From Saccharolobus islandicus REY15A (lineage in GTDB: Archaea > Thermoproteota > Thermoprotei_A > Sulfolobales > Sulfolobaceae), in the NCBI RefSeq assembly GCF_000189555.1, contig NC_017276.1: DNA of 64,000 nt. One strand, given 5' to 3'. A program made the translations under genes and the position numbers. A model generated the notes under the pieces. It made no database searches. It worked only from the letters and a program-made list of their open reading frames with translations, and was not told the origin of the DNA. Below are positions 10,880-20,572 of this stretch, one piece after another (the first letter of the stretch is position 1; each line of letters opens with the position of its first letter).

Positions 10880-10935
10880 TAAGTGATGAGCTTCCAGGCT
10901 TAGATCGATGAAGAGGGATGTGCAAACGCTGAGTT
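10880..10935 (+). ncRNA. Candidate box C/D sRNA
   Basis: C GTGATGA 10883-10889, guide GCTTCCAGGCT, D' TAGA 10901-10904, C' ATGAAGA 10908-10914, guide GGGATGTGCAAACG, D CTGA 10929-10932; TTAAATA TATA-like at 10851-10857. Confidence 0.75.
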
Positions 10936-10968
10936 AGGTTTTATATTTACTTTACCAACCATTTACTC

Positions 10969-11652
10969 GTGGATCCAAAGGAATTATTGGCAACGTATAC
11001 TTTGAACTATCTAAGAGAAAAGAAGATAATAGGTGTTGGTACAGGAAAAACTGTTAAAAAATTGATAGAAGTTTTGAGTAAAGAAGAAAATCTTAAAGAA
11101 ACTGTATTGTTCGTTGCGAGTTCGCTCGATACTGAAATCGAATTGAGTAAACACGGTTTTAAAGTAATTTCACTCCTTTCCGCTATTCAACCTGAAATTT
11201 ACGTTGATAGTTTCGATGTAGTTACCAAAGACGGTATAATGATAAAGGGTGGAGGAGGTGCCTTGCTTAGAGAGAAGCTTTTAACATATTTTTCTAAGTA
11301 TAGGATTTTTATAGGAGAATTCAATAAGTTAAAGGACTCTAAACTAATTGACGTTCCAATCGAGGTCGTAAGCGTCGGCGTAAGTTATGTCAAAGATAAG
11401 CTAGAGAAAATGGGATTTGCTGTAAAAATAAGAGAGGGAAGCGGTAAAATGGGACCAATTATTTCAGATAATGGAAATGCGATTTTAGATGTTTCTGTTA
11501 AGACTGAAAATTTATGCGAGTTTGACAGAATGATAAAGACCATTCCATCAGTAGTAGAAACTGGGATTTTCTGTAAGGAATTATATAATAAGATAATATT
11601 GGCTAATGAAAAAGGTAGGATTGAGGAAATGTATGCGGGGGACGGGATTTGA
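10969..11652 (+). CDS. rpiA: Ribose-5-phosphate isomerase A
   Basis: GVGTGKTV, DSFD, MIKGGGGALLREK, ISDNGN, VVETGIF; GTG start. Confidence 0.95.
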   Translation: MDPKELLATYTLNYLREKKIIGVGTGKTVKKLIEVLSKEENLKETVLFVASSLDTEIELSKHGFKVISLLSAIQPEIYVDSFDVVTKDGIMIKGGGGALLREKLLTYFSKYRIFIGEFNKLKDSKLIDVPIEVVSVGVSYVKDKLEKMGFAVKIREGSGKMGPIISDNGNAILDVSVKTENLCEFDRMIKTIPSVVETGIFCKELYNKIILANEKGRIEEMYAGDGI

Positions 11653-11732
11653 ACCCGCGAAGGCCTTCGCCAGCGGATCTCTTACTAAAGGGTCTTGAGT
11701 CCGCCCCCTTTGACCAGCTCGGGCACCCCCGC
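11634..11732 (-). tRNA. tRNA-Leu(CAA) with 15-nt intron at 37/38 (intron 11679-11693), CCA not encoded
   Basis: Acceptor stem GCGGGGG/CCCCCGC, anticodon stem GCGGA/TCCGC around CT-CAA-G[ACCCTTTAGTAAGAG]A, long variable arm, GGTTCAAATCC T-loop. Confidence 0.97.
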
Positions 11733-11757
11733 ACATTTTAAATATAAACTCGTTTTC

Positions 11758-11770
11758 CTTAAAAAGTTTT
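11758..11770 (-). promoter_or_regulatory. BRE-TATA of tRNA-Leu
   Basis: AAAAC-TTTTTAAG on minus strand, 26-33 nt upstream of tRNA G1. Confidence 0.65.
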
Positions 11771-11780
11771 AGAAGAGGAT

Positions 11781-13166
11781 TTACATTTTCTTAAGGACTA
11801 ATGACGTTAGTGTTGATCTCACACCTTTAGTTGCTCTTATACTTTCAATTATCTGGTTTAATTCGTTGGAATCCTTAGCTTGAACTTTAACCAATATGTC
11901 GTAATCGCCGGAAATTTCCATAACCTCCTTAACACCATTAATAACTGACAAACGACGGGTCACTGATGTGGTATAAACGTTAGAATCACATTTAACTGAA
12001 ATTAACGCCTCTATTTGTTCGGGTGGCCTTGGCTTTAAAACTCTTCCAGTTACCTCTTCAGCTAACTCAAGCAAATCCACATCTCTGTAAAATCTTATGG
12101 TTGTATTTGACTTGATTTTGGCTAAAATCTGATCCATTTCAGCGTCACTAATCTTCACACCTAGTTTTTCATATTTATCCCTCAACGCATGCTTTCCCGT
12201 ATATTTATCAATCGTATAATCTCTTGTTCTACCAAATGTCTCTGGAGGCATAAATTCATATGTTCTAGGATCATTTAACACTCCTGCCACATGGACCCCT
12301 GCCTTATGCAAGAATGCGTAATCCCCAGTAATGGGGTAGTTGGGTGGCATCGGAATTCCACTGTACTTTTCCACCAAACTGGAAACATACTGCAATTTAT
12401 CTAGTTTAACGATTTCTATACCAAAATGATATTTAATAGCTGCTGCTATTTGTTGCAAAGGTACTATACCAACCCTCTCTCCAAGCCCATTGACTGTAGC
12501 ATGGATAATTGTGGCTCCACCTTCTATCGCAGCTAACGCATTTGCTACTGCCAAACCTAAGTCATTGTGAGCGTGAATATCAAACTCCAAGTTTGGTACT
12601 TCCCTTGTCAATGCACTGAATAATTCCTTCGTTTTAGATGGATATAAAATACCTACAGTATCCGCTATACTAACCCTATCTGCCCCTGCATCTCTAGCCG
12701 TTTTCGATACTGTAACTAAGAAATCGAAGTCTGTCCTTGAACCATCTTCTGCGGTAAATCTGACTTTTACGCCATGATTTTTAGCGTAGCTGATCGTCTC
12801 AGCTATTGTCCTTAAGGCCTCTTCTCTAGTTGCTTTGTGTTTTGCCTTTAAATGTAAATCACTTACACCATAGAATATTGCTATCCTATCTACCTCCAAT
12901 TCTGCTGCAATTTCTATATCTCTTTTTACGGCTCTACTATGTCCTACAATTTCTGATGTTATAATACCCTCTTTTTTCAATTTCACTATTCTTTTTATCC
13001 CTTCATAAATATCTGGGGATACTGCTGGATGGCCAGCTTCTATCATAGATACTCCTAAATCGGATAAGGCTTTGGCTATCTCTACTCTTTGATCTACAGT
13101 AAATATCACTCCAGGGGTTTGTTCTCCTTCCCTTAACGTTGAATCTAAAATACCTACTTTTATCAT
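11781..13166 (-). CDS. Homocitrate synthase (DRE-TIM metallolyase) with C-terminal RAM/Lrp-type regulatory domain
   Basis: DSTLREGEQTPG, HAHND, NGLGERVG, HKAGVH; C-terminal GVKEVMEISGDYDILVKV RAM domain; likely ATG at 13166. Confidence 0.85.
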   Translation of the reverse strand: MIKVGILDSTLREGEQTPGVIFTVDQRVEIAKALSDLGVSMIEAGHPAVSPDIYEGIKRIVKLKKEGIITSEIVGHSRAVKRDIEIAAELEVDRIAIFYGVSDLHLKAKHKATREEALRTIAETISYAKNHGVKVRFTAEDGSRTDFDFLVTVSKTARDAGADRVSIADTVGILYPSKTKELFSALTREVPNLEFDIHAHNDLGLAVANALAAIEGGATIIHATVNGLGERVGIVPLQQIAAAIKYHFGIEIVKLDKLQYVSSLVEKYSGIPMPPNYPITGDYAFLHKAGVHVAGVLNDPRTYEFMPPETFGRTRDYTIDKYTGKHALRDKYEKLGVKISDAEMDQILAKIKSNTTIRFYRDVDLLELAEEVTGRVLKPRPPEQIEALISVKCDSNVYTTSVTRRLSVINGVKEVMEISGDYDILVKVQAKDSNELNQIIESIRATKGVRSTLTSLVLKKM

Positions 13167-13229
13167 ATAAGTGAGAATCAAGGTAAAGGATATATAATGA
13201 ATTTGGTAAAGAAAGGTTCGAATTACAAA

Positions 13230-14406
<1,177 letters not shown>

Positions 14407-14517
14407 ACTTTCTCTATAATACTACTATAGGACTAATTTTATAAACCTTTCCATGAGTTAGATGAAGTATAATACCTTAAGTCCTTCAAGGGTAATATTA
14501 AAGGTTTATTTTAGCCC

Positions 14518-15315
14518 TTAAATCGCTCTTGTCATTCCACCATCAATTAAAATTGACGTTCCATTAATGTATCCTGCGTAATCTGATGATAAAAATACCA
14601 AAAGAGCACCTAACTCATTCTTTATATCCCCAGTCCTTCCAATAGGAATTTGAGAGATTACCTCCCTCTTCCAAATCACATCTAATGGTTGACCAACTTT
14701 TTCTGCATACCTCTTTAAAGATCTCTTAGCTCCTTCGGTTTCGAAGCTACCCATTAAGATTACGTTAACACTTATGTTGTATTCACCCAATTCTTTACTA
14801 AGCAGTTTTGCCATCTGGATTAATGGGGCTCTTGTAATATCCGCTAATGAGAACATTCGTTGGGGCTCTTTAACTGTCCAAGACGATAGAAAGAATATTC
14901 TACCCCATCTTTGAGCCTTCATGTGTTGATATACCAGATTTGTCAGTTTTATCGCACTTAATAGATATAGTTTAGTAGCATATTCCCAATCCTCCATAGT
15001 ATTCTCAAAAAAATAGGAAGGTTCTTTAGGAGGATTCCCAGAGTTTACAACTAAGATATCAATTCCGTTCATCATCTTTAAACTATAGTTAATCAACTCC
15101 TCTAGAGATTTGAAATCAGTTAGATCTGATACAAAACCCCATACTGATGGTCCTATTTTCCTCATTTCTGAAACAGCTTTTTCTACTTTCTCTTTACTTC
15201 TTGAAGATATTACAACATTACACCCTTCCCTTAAAAAAGCCTCAGCAACTCCCCTCCCAATTCCTTCTGTAGACGCTGTAATGAGGACTCTTTTACCAGA
15301 AATATTAATGTTCAT
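14518..15315 (-). CDS. Short-chain dehydrogenase/reductase
   Basis: TASTEGIG cofactor motif, LVVNSG, C-terminal INGTSILIDGG; non-canonical catalytic loop (LADITR). Confidence 0.88.
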   Translation of the reverse strand: MNINISGKRVLITASTEGIGRGVAEAFLREGCNVVISSRSKEKVEKAVSEMRKIGPSVWGFVSDLTDFKSLEELINYSLKMMNGIDILVVNSGNPPKEPSYFFENTMEDWEYATKLYLLSAIKLTNLVYQHMKAQRWGRIFFLSSWTVKEPQRMFSLADITRAPLIQMAKLLSKELGEYNISVNVILMGSFETEGAKRSLKRYAEKVGQPLDVIWKREVISQIPIGRTGDIKNELGALLVFLSSDYAGYINGTSILIDGGMTRAI

Positions 15316-15342
15316 AATAATTTTAGGTATAAAAAGGGATTT

Positions 15343-16212
15343 TTAGGTTTTGGGAGAAAGCTTCTTAAAGACTTCAACAATTGAAATGAAATCGACTTCT
15401 GAATATCCTAATGCTTCAGTCATTTTATACAGTTGTAATGCTAATGACGAAATTGGCGTAATTATCTTTAAATTTTGAGCTTCCTTTATGACAATCTCTA
15501 AATCTTTCCTCATGTGTTTAGTGGCAAACTGAGTTGAATAGTCTTCTTTTAGTAATTTAGGTGCTTTTAATTCAGTCGTGGGAGATCTAGCACTACTTAA
15601 CGTAGTTAAAATATTAATAACCTGCTGAGGGTCTAACCCAGCTCTTATTCCGAAATTATAGGCTTCCGCTATGGCTGCAACATAGGAGCCTAAAAGTAAG
15701 TTATTTACCAGCTTGGCATAAAGTCCCATACCATTAGGACCCATATAAACTACTGACGATGCAGTCTCTTTAGCTATATCATTAACGATATCAAACTTAT
15801 CCTTAGGTCCACCTACTAATACTATCAATTTCTTTTGCTCAACAAATATCGAAGTTCCTATGACTGGAGCATCGAACATTGTACCGCCATTACTTTCTAT
15901 TCTCTTAGCTAAGCTAATACTTAATGTTGGGCTTATAGTACTCATATCGATTAAAATTTTGCCTTTCATTAGTGGTATTAAGGGTTCTACTATAGACTTC
16001 ACTGCATTATCATCAGCTAACATTGTTATTATAACATCTGATGATTCTACAAGTTCTTTAGGATTTAGCGCCCTATTTACCTTATACTCCTTTACAAAAC
16101 TTTCAGCTTTTTCTTGAGTTCTATCGTATACTACATTAAGTTTATTAGCCTTAGCTAGATTAGCTCCTATTCTATATCCCATTATACCTAAGCCTATAAG
16201 ACCTACCTTCAT
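15343..16212 (-). CDS. Beta-hydroxyacid dehydrogenase (3-hydroxyisobutyrate/6-phosphogluconate dehydrogenase family)
   Basis: GLIGLGIMG, IDMSTI, DAPVIG, AKLVNN, KDL motifs. Confidence 0.9.
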   Translation of the reverse strand: MKVGLIGLGIMGYRIGANLAKANKLNVVYDRTQEKAESFVKEYKVNRALNPKELVESSDVIITMLADDNAVKSIVEPLIPLMKGKILIDMSTISPTLSISLAKRIESNGGTMFDAPVIGTSIFVEQKKLIVLVGGPKDKFDIVNDIAKETASSVVYMGPNGMGLYAKLVNNLLLGSYVAAIAEAYNFGIRAGLDPQQVINILTTLSSARSPTTELKAPKLLKEDYSTQFATKHMRKDLEIVIKEAQNLKIITPISSLALQLYKMTEALGYSEVDFISIVEVFKKLSPKT

Positions 16213-16235
16213 AAAATAGCATATATCTTTAACAG

Positions 16236-17348
16236 CTAAAAAGATTTTAGATAAGTCCCAACTATATCCTTGATTCTTCCCTTAACATCAATTAAATCAA
16301 TAGATAGTATTATAATTTCGTATTGAGACTGTAGTTTACTTAATTTCTCCTTAAGCTCACTAAAAGATTTGACGTCAATAAAGAGGTCGTATATGTTTCC
16401 ATATACTCTTGCAGCTTCACTTAAACTACTTGTAGAATAAACTGTAACTCTATATCTCCTCATAGATGGTTTAGCGGATGATATGACTTGTAATTCCCTC
16501 TTTCCAATGGTCATTACTTTGGAAATATTATACCCTCCTATCTCTATCTTATCTCTTTCCTCGTTTTCTATAACAATAGGGTACTCTGCAAGGACCCTTA
16601 TACTCGTGGGTTCAGAAAATGCGAAAATAATCTTTTTCTGAAGTAAGCTATCAAGTCCTTCATTTCCTTTTTTGGAGAACCAAGAGGATATCGGTAGGTT
16701 TCTATTTAAACGATTATAAACGTATAAGGTTCTTATATTTTTGGATATAATAAATACTTGCCTATCAGAAATCCTATAAACTATCTCTACTTCAGGGCTC
16801 TCCATGTTTGGAGGATATCCTCTTTCCGCTAACATTTTACCTACTTCTCTTTTTATTTCATGTTTTATACTCTCGTAATATATGAGAGCGAATTCTTTAA
16901 TTATTTCATTTTCCTTCTTTTTAGTATCCTCATCTAATTCGACACCAAGCACATAACTTTTAGTACCTAATCCAGATAGCAGCTTGAACGCTTTTTCAAA
17001 GAAATCTTGTTTTATTTCATCTATTTTATTTTGGCATAAATAGCAAGGATAAGTGTGAAATTCTGAAGAGAGATAAAGCTTGTACCACTTTTCCGCTATT
17101 GGTCCGAGATTCTCCATTATACTTTTTATTGAAATAAGGTCAACTATTTTATGATCTTTTATCTTTTCGTCCAAGAACATCATTAATGAAATCTTTATGG
17201 CCTTACCCCTTTCTTTATTCTCTAATCCATATCCTAGTCTTGCAAAACATCTTCCTAAACAGCTATCACACAAGGGATATTTTGATAATATTTGTATAGC
17301 TTTCTCAATTATTTTATTATCCGATTTTCCCTCCGAAGAGTTTATCAA
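16236..17348 (-). CDS. Pus10-like protein (Zn-site + THUMP) with degenerate catalytic domain
   Basis: LCDSCLGR and CYLC, THUMP-like middle, YRVTV and terminal GTYLK aligning to Pus10, but no GRED motif. Confidence 0.75.
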   Translation of the reverse strand: MINSSEGKSDNKIIEKAIQILSKYPLCDSCLGRCFARLGYGLENKERGKAIKISLMMFLDEKIKDHKIVDLISIKSIMENLGPIAEKWYKLYLSSEFHTYPCYLCQNKIDEIKQDFFEKAFKLLSGLGTKSYVLGVELDEDTKKKENEIIKEFALIYYESIKHEIKREVGKMLAERGYPPNMESPEVEIVYRISDRQVFIISKNIRTLYVYNRLNRNLPISSWFSKKGNEGLDSLLQKKIIFAFSEPTSIRVLAEYPIVIENEERDKIEIGGYNISKVMTIGKRELQVISSAKPSMRRYRVTVYSTSSLSEAARVYGNIYDLFIDVKSFSELKEKLSKLQSQYEIIILSIDLIDVKGRIKDIVGTYLKSF

Positions 17349-18660
17349 TACTGCCCCTCCTTCTTTTTACCATTTTCAAAAGCTTATTCATGTTGTTATA
17401 CCACTCTAAAAGTTCTCTTACATCTTCAACCTCTAATCCTGATCCTTCAGCTATTCTTCTCATTCTTGACTTATCAATTATACTAGGATTTTCCAATTCC
17501 TTATACGTCATAGAATTTAAGGCTGCTAGCCATCTCCTAATCTTTTCCTCTCCTAATTTCAATTGGTCTTCGCTAGGGGTGGGAAGCATAACACCTAAAC
17601 CCGGGATATGTTGTAGCACTTTAGAAAGGGGACCCATTTTCCTCAAAGCCATGATTTGTGCATAAACATCTCTAAGTGTTAGCTTTCCTTTACCTTCCAT
17701 AACATCTTCCATTTTCTTTTGTATTTTCTCGTATTCCTCTAATCCTTTAACTTTCTCTAGAATTGATTCTATATCTCCCATCCCTAATATCCTAGAAACA
17801 TATCTCTTGGCATTAAATATTTCTAATTCGTCTATTTTTTCTCCAGTACCTATAAACTTTATCGTAGCTCCAGTAGCTGCTACTGCTGACAACGCTCCGC
17901 CTCCCTTTGCAGTGCCATCCATCTTCGTTATTATTATAGAACCGATTGGACTTGCTTGATGGAATCTAGATGCTAAATCATAGGCTTTTTGTCCAATGGA
18001 CGCGTCAATGACCAAGATTACATCATCGGGTTTCAATGCCTCATATATCTCCTTCATTTCCTCTAGAAGCTTAGTCTCTTCACCATATCCATGTCGTCCT
18101 GCAGTGTCTACTATGATTATATCCATTTTGTTCTTTACAAACGTATCAACTCCTTTTTTAGCTATCTCGATGGCGTTTTGATTATTTGGTTCTCCATATA
18201 CTGGTACTCCAATTTGATTACCTAACTGCAACAATTGATCATAAGCAGCTGGCCTATACACGTCAGCCGCCACTAAACCTACTTTATAACCTCTTCTTTT
18301 GTAGAAATAAGCTAATTTCCCTGAAGTGGTTGTTTTTCCGCTTCCTTGAACACCAACCAACATTATTATAAAGGGTAACTTGGTGGGATTAACATTAGGT
18401 TCCTTATCTCCGCCAAACAATTTGGAAAGTTCATCATAAACTATAGAAATGAACCATTCCTTCCTTTCTAAAACAGATGGAGGCTTTTCCTTATTTAGCC
18501 TTTCTTTAATCTTGGCGGTTAATGAAAAAACTAGCTTTACATTTACATCGGATGAAATAAGAGACTTCTGAAGTTCTTTTACAAACTCATCTACAGCCTT
18601 CTCGTATGGTGTAGACCCTGTAAGGAACTTTCTTACGGCATCCCTTATATTTTCTAACAT
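17317..18660 (-). CDS. srp54: Signal recognition particle protein SRP54
   Basis: [29 protein letters not shown]-domain [11 protein letters not shown]. Confidence 0.97.
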   Translation of the reverse strand: MLENIRDAVRKFLTGSTPYEKAVDEFVKELQKSLISSDVNVKLVFSLTAKIKERLNKEKPPSVLERKEWFISIVYDELSKLFGGDKEPNVNPTKLPFIIMLVGVQGSGKTTTSGKLAYFYKRRGYKVGLVAADVYRPAAYDQLLQLGNQIGVPVYGEPNNQNAIEIAKKGVDTFVKNKMDIIIVDTAGRHGYGEETKLLEEMKEIYEALKPDDVILVIDASIGQKAYDLASRFHQASPIGSIIITKMDGTAKGGGALSAVAATGATIKFIGTGEKIDELEIFNAKRYVSRILGMGDIESILEKVKGLEEYEKIQKKMEDVMEGKGKLTLRDVYAQIMALRKMGPLSKVLQHIPGLGVMLPTPSEDQLKLGEEKIRRWLAALNSMTYKELENPSIIDKSRMRRIAEGSGLEVEDVRELLEWYNNMNKLLKMVKRRRGSIDKLFGGKIG

Positions 18661-18662
18661 TA

Positions 18663-19058
18663 TTACTTGACCCTAACTATTTTTCTTCTTCCCATTATTT
18701 CCCAATACTCTAATTCCGCATTAGGTCTTATTTTAGAGGCTAGTTCGTCCTCTGTTGGTTTCTCGATCTCGAAGGTCTCATAAGTTTCTAAATCCATTAC
18801 TTGTATTTTGTCACCCATATCTGCAATTATTTGACCAATATGCTTTTCTATGATGGGAACTTCAACTTGCTGATCTACTGGAGCCATTAAAGTTTTTTTA
18901 GCTCCGCTAAAAACGCCAATTGCAACTACATTAGCTTTTGCGCTACCGTGCTTACCCGTTTTAGCCTTAGTTACTTCTACAACCCTACAAGGCTCTCCGT
19001 CTATTACTACATAACTACCTACCTTGAGCTCACCGACGGTCGTGTACGTTATGCTCAT
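18663..19058 (-). CDS. eif5a: Translation factor aIF5A
   Basis: [10 protein letters not shown] hypusination motif. Confidence 0.97.
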   Translation of the reverse strand: MSITYTTVGELKVGSYVVIDGEPCRVVEVTKAKTGKHGSAKANVVAIGVFSGAKKTLMAPVDQQVEVPIIEKHIGQIIADMGDKIQVMDLETYETFEIEKPTEDELASKIRPNAELEYWEIMGRRKIVRVK

Positions 19059-19116
19059 CTTTAACCCTCTATGATATAAAAAGTGTTAAACTTTAAACTC
19101 TTACTCTTATTAAAAA

Positions 19117-19170
19117 CGCTCCGAGCTTTGGCCCCTCATCACTTTTCAGGCCTAGCTAGGTCTTCACAGC
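19117..19170 (-). ncRNA. Box C/D sRNA (sR14-like), predicted guide for Um34 of tRNA-Gln(UUG)
   Basis: C GTGAAGA, guide CCTAGCTAGGC, D' CTGA, C' GTGATGA, guide GGGGCCAAAGCT, D CGGA; D guide complementary to GGCUUUGGCCCCU. Confidence 0.85.
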
Positions 19171-19203
19171 AATTTTATTTTATTTAAAACTAGATATTAA
19201 AGT

Positions 19204-19356
19204 ATGCCATGGAAGATAAGGTGTGCAAATTGTAATACTGAGAAAGTATTAAATATTAGCTTTGATATAAGTTCACAAAAAACCATATATATCTATTGTA
19301 ATGTATGTAAGAGGAATACTTTTAATGAGATTCTAGGTTATTATGAACAAGAGTGA
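19204..19356 (+). CDS. Small zinc-ribbon protein, 50 aa (not in ORF track)
   Basis: MPWKIRCANCNTEKVLNISFDISSQKTIYIYCNVCKRNTFNEILGYYEQE*; two CxxC motifs. Confidence 0.75.
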   Translation: MPWKIRCANCNTEKVLNISFDISSQKTIYIYCNVCKRNTFNEILGYYEQE

Positions 19357-19405
19357 TGAAACCCATAAAATTGATGAAAATGAAATAACCTGTCTCGGCT
19401 GATTA
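19350..19405 (+). ncRNA. Box C/D sRNA (sR3-like), predicted 23S rRNA peptidyl-transferase-centre guide
   Basis: C GTGATGA 19353-19359, guide AACCCATAAAA, D' TTGA, degenerate C', guide ATAACCTGTCTCGG, D CTGA 19399-19402. Confidence 0.78.
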
Positions 19406-20572
19406 AGAAATATAATCCTTATTGGTTATCTTTTCTGGAATATATTGGAAGGCGAGAAACTTAAGACCCTTGCTTGCCATAGCCTCTATTTCCAACTTAG
19501 CCTTCCTCTGTAGAAAAGTATTTATCTCCTCTTGCCATGCTTTAGTCTTAAACCATTCATAGTTTTTAATCTCCTCAGCTCTCTTTATGTCTGCATCCTT
19601 AGCCTTAATTATATAGTTCTTTCTCTCAGCTTCACTTAGATAGGGTTTCTTTCTGGAGTTACCGAAGATATCACCCATTGATACGCCCAAAAATTTAGAA
19701 TCTGGAGTAGCTAGCCTCTCACTCTCATAAGATAAAGATATCGAACCTATCCTGAACACACTAAATATATACCATCCGTAAGGATCAGCGTCAGTTAAGA
19801 TATAAACTGGCAATTTTAATTCCTCATTAAGTCTTCTAACAAACCTTCTAGTAGCCCTATCTGGTTGACCTGCACTAGTTATTAAAATGGACTTGTACTG
19901 TTTCCAAAAACCAGCTCTATGTAATTGTTGGAACACTGCATCCTTCTCCACTACTAGCACAAATTCTGCATCTACGTCAATGAAATCTATCAAATCTGGA
20001 GTAGGTTCAATTGCATAGGCTCCATGACCGGTTTTACTTAGATCTATTACATCATTTCCACTCCTTATCCTTAAATTACCTACAACTTTACCCTTTTCCT
20101 TACTGAGAATTAGCATTTCTTCTCTAAGAAGAGATGTAAATACTTCAATATCAACTATAACACTATCGGACTCCTTTTGCTCATCCCATGTATTCTCTTC
20201 GGATACAATCTTATTGCCTTCGATTGACTTTAACAAAAGTGAGTGTTTCCCTCTGTAATAAAGATCACGTATCGTGGGATATTCATCACTCACTAAAGCA
20301 TCGTAAATTATTGATGCCATTAACACAGTTTGCATAAATCGCTTCGCTTCGTTCAAATCTAGGAAATTCCTCTTGAGTTTCTTTTCTCCCAATAATAGCA
20401 GCTTTCTTTTTTCATCGTAAATCGCATTAGATAGAGTTCTCATCGGGATTTCCATCACTAGTGGTTCGCCTTTCTTGAGTTGCTCAACTAGATTAAGGAA
20501 TTTATCACGCAATATATTAGCAGCTTTCCTTCTCGCTTCCTTATCAACTTTTGATATAAATTCAGAACTCAT
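19403..20572 (-). CDS. top6A: DNA topoisomerase VI subunit A
   Basis: TIRDLYY (catalytic Tyr), VEKDAVF, DADPYG, KLEIEA TOPRIM motifs. Confidence 0.97.
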   Translation of the reverse strand: MSSEFISKVDKEARRKAANILRDKFLNLVEQLKKGEPLVMEIPMRTLSNAIYDEKRKLLLLGEKKLKRNFLDLNEAKRFMQTVLMASIIYDALVSDEYPTIRDLYYRGKHSLLLKSIEGNKIVSEENTWDEQKESDSVIVDIEVFTSLLREEMLILSKEKGKVVGNLRIRSGNDVIDLSKTGHGAYAIEPTPDLIDFIDVDAEFVLVVEKDAVFQQLHRAGFWKQYKSILITSAGQPDRATRRFVRRLNEELKLPVYILTDADPYGWYIFSVFRIGSISLSYESERLATPDSKFLGVSMGDIFGNSRKKPYLSEAERKNYIIKAKDADIKRAEEIKNYEWFKTKAWQEEINTFLQRKAKLEIEAMASKGLKFLAFQYIPEKITNKDYIS

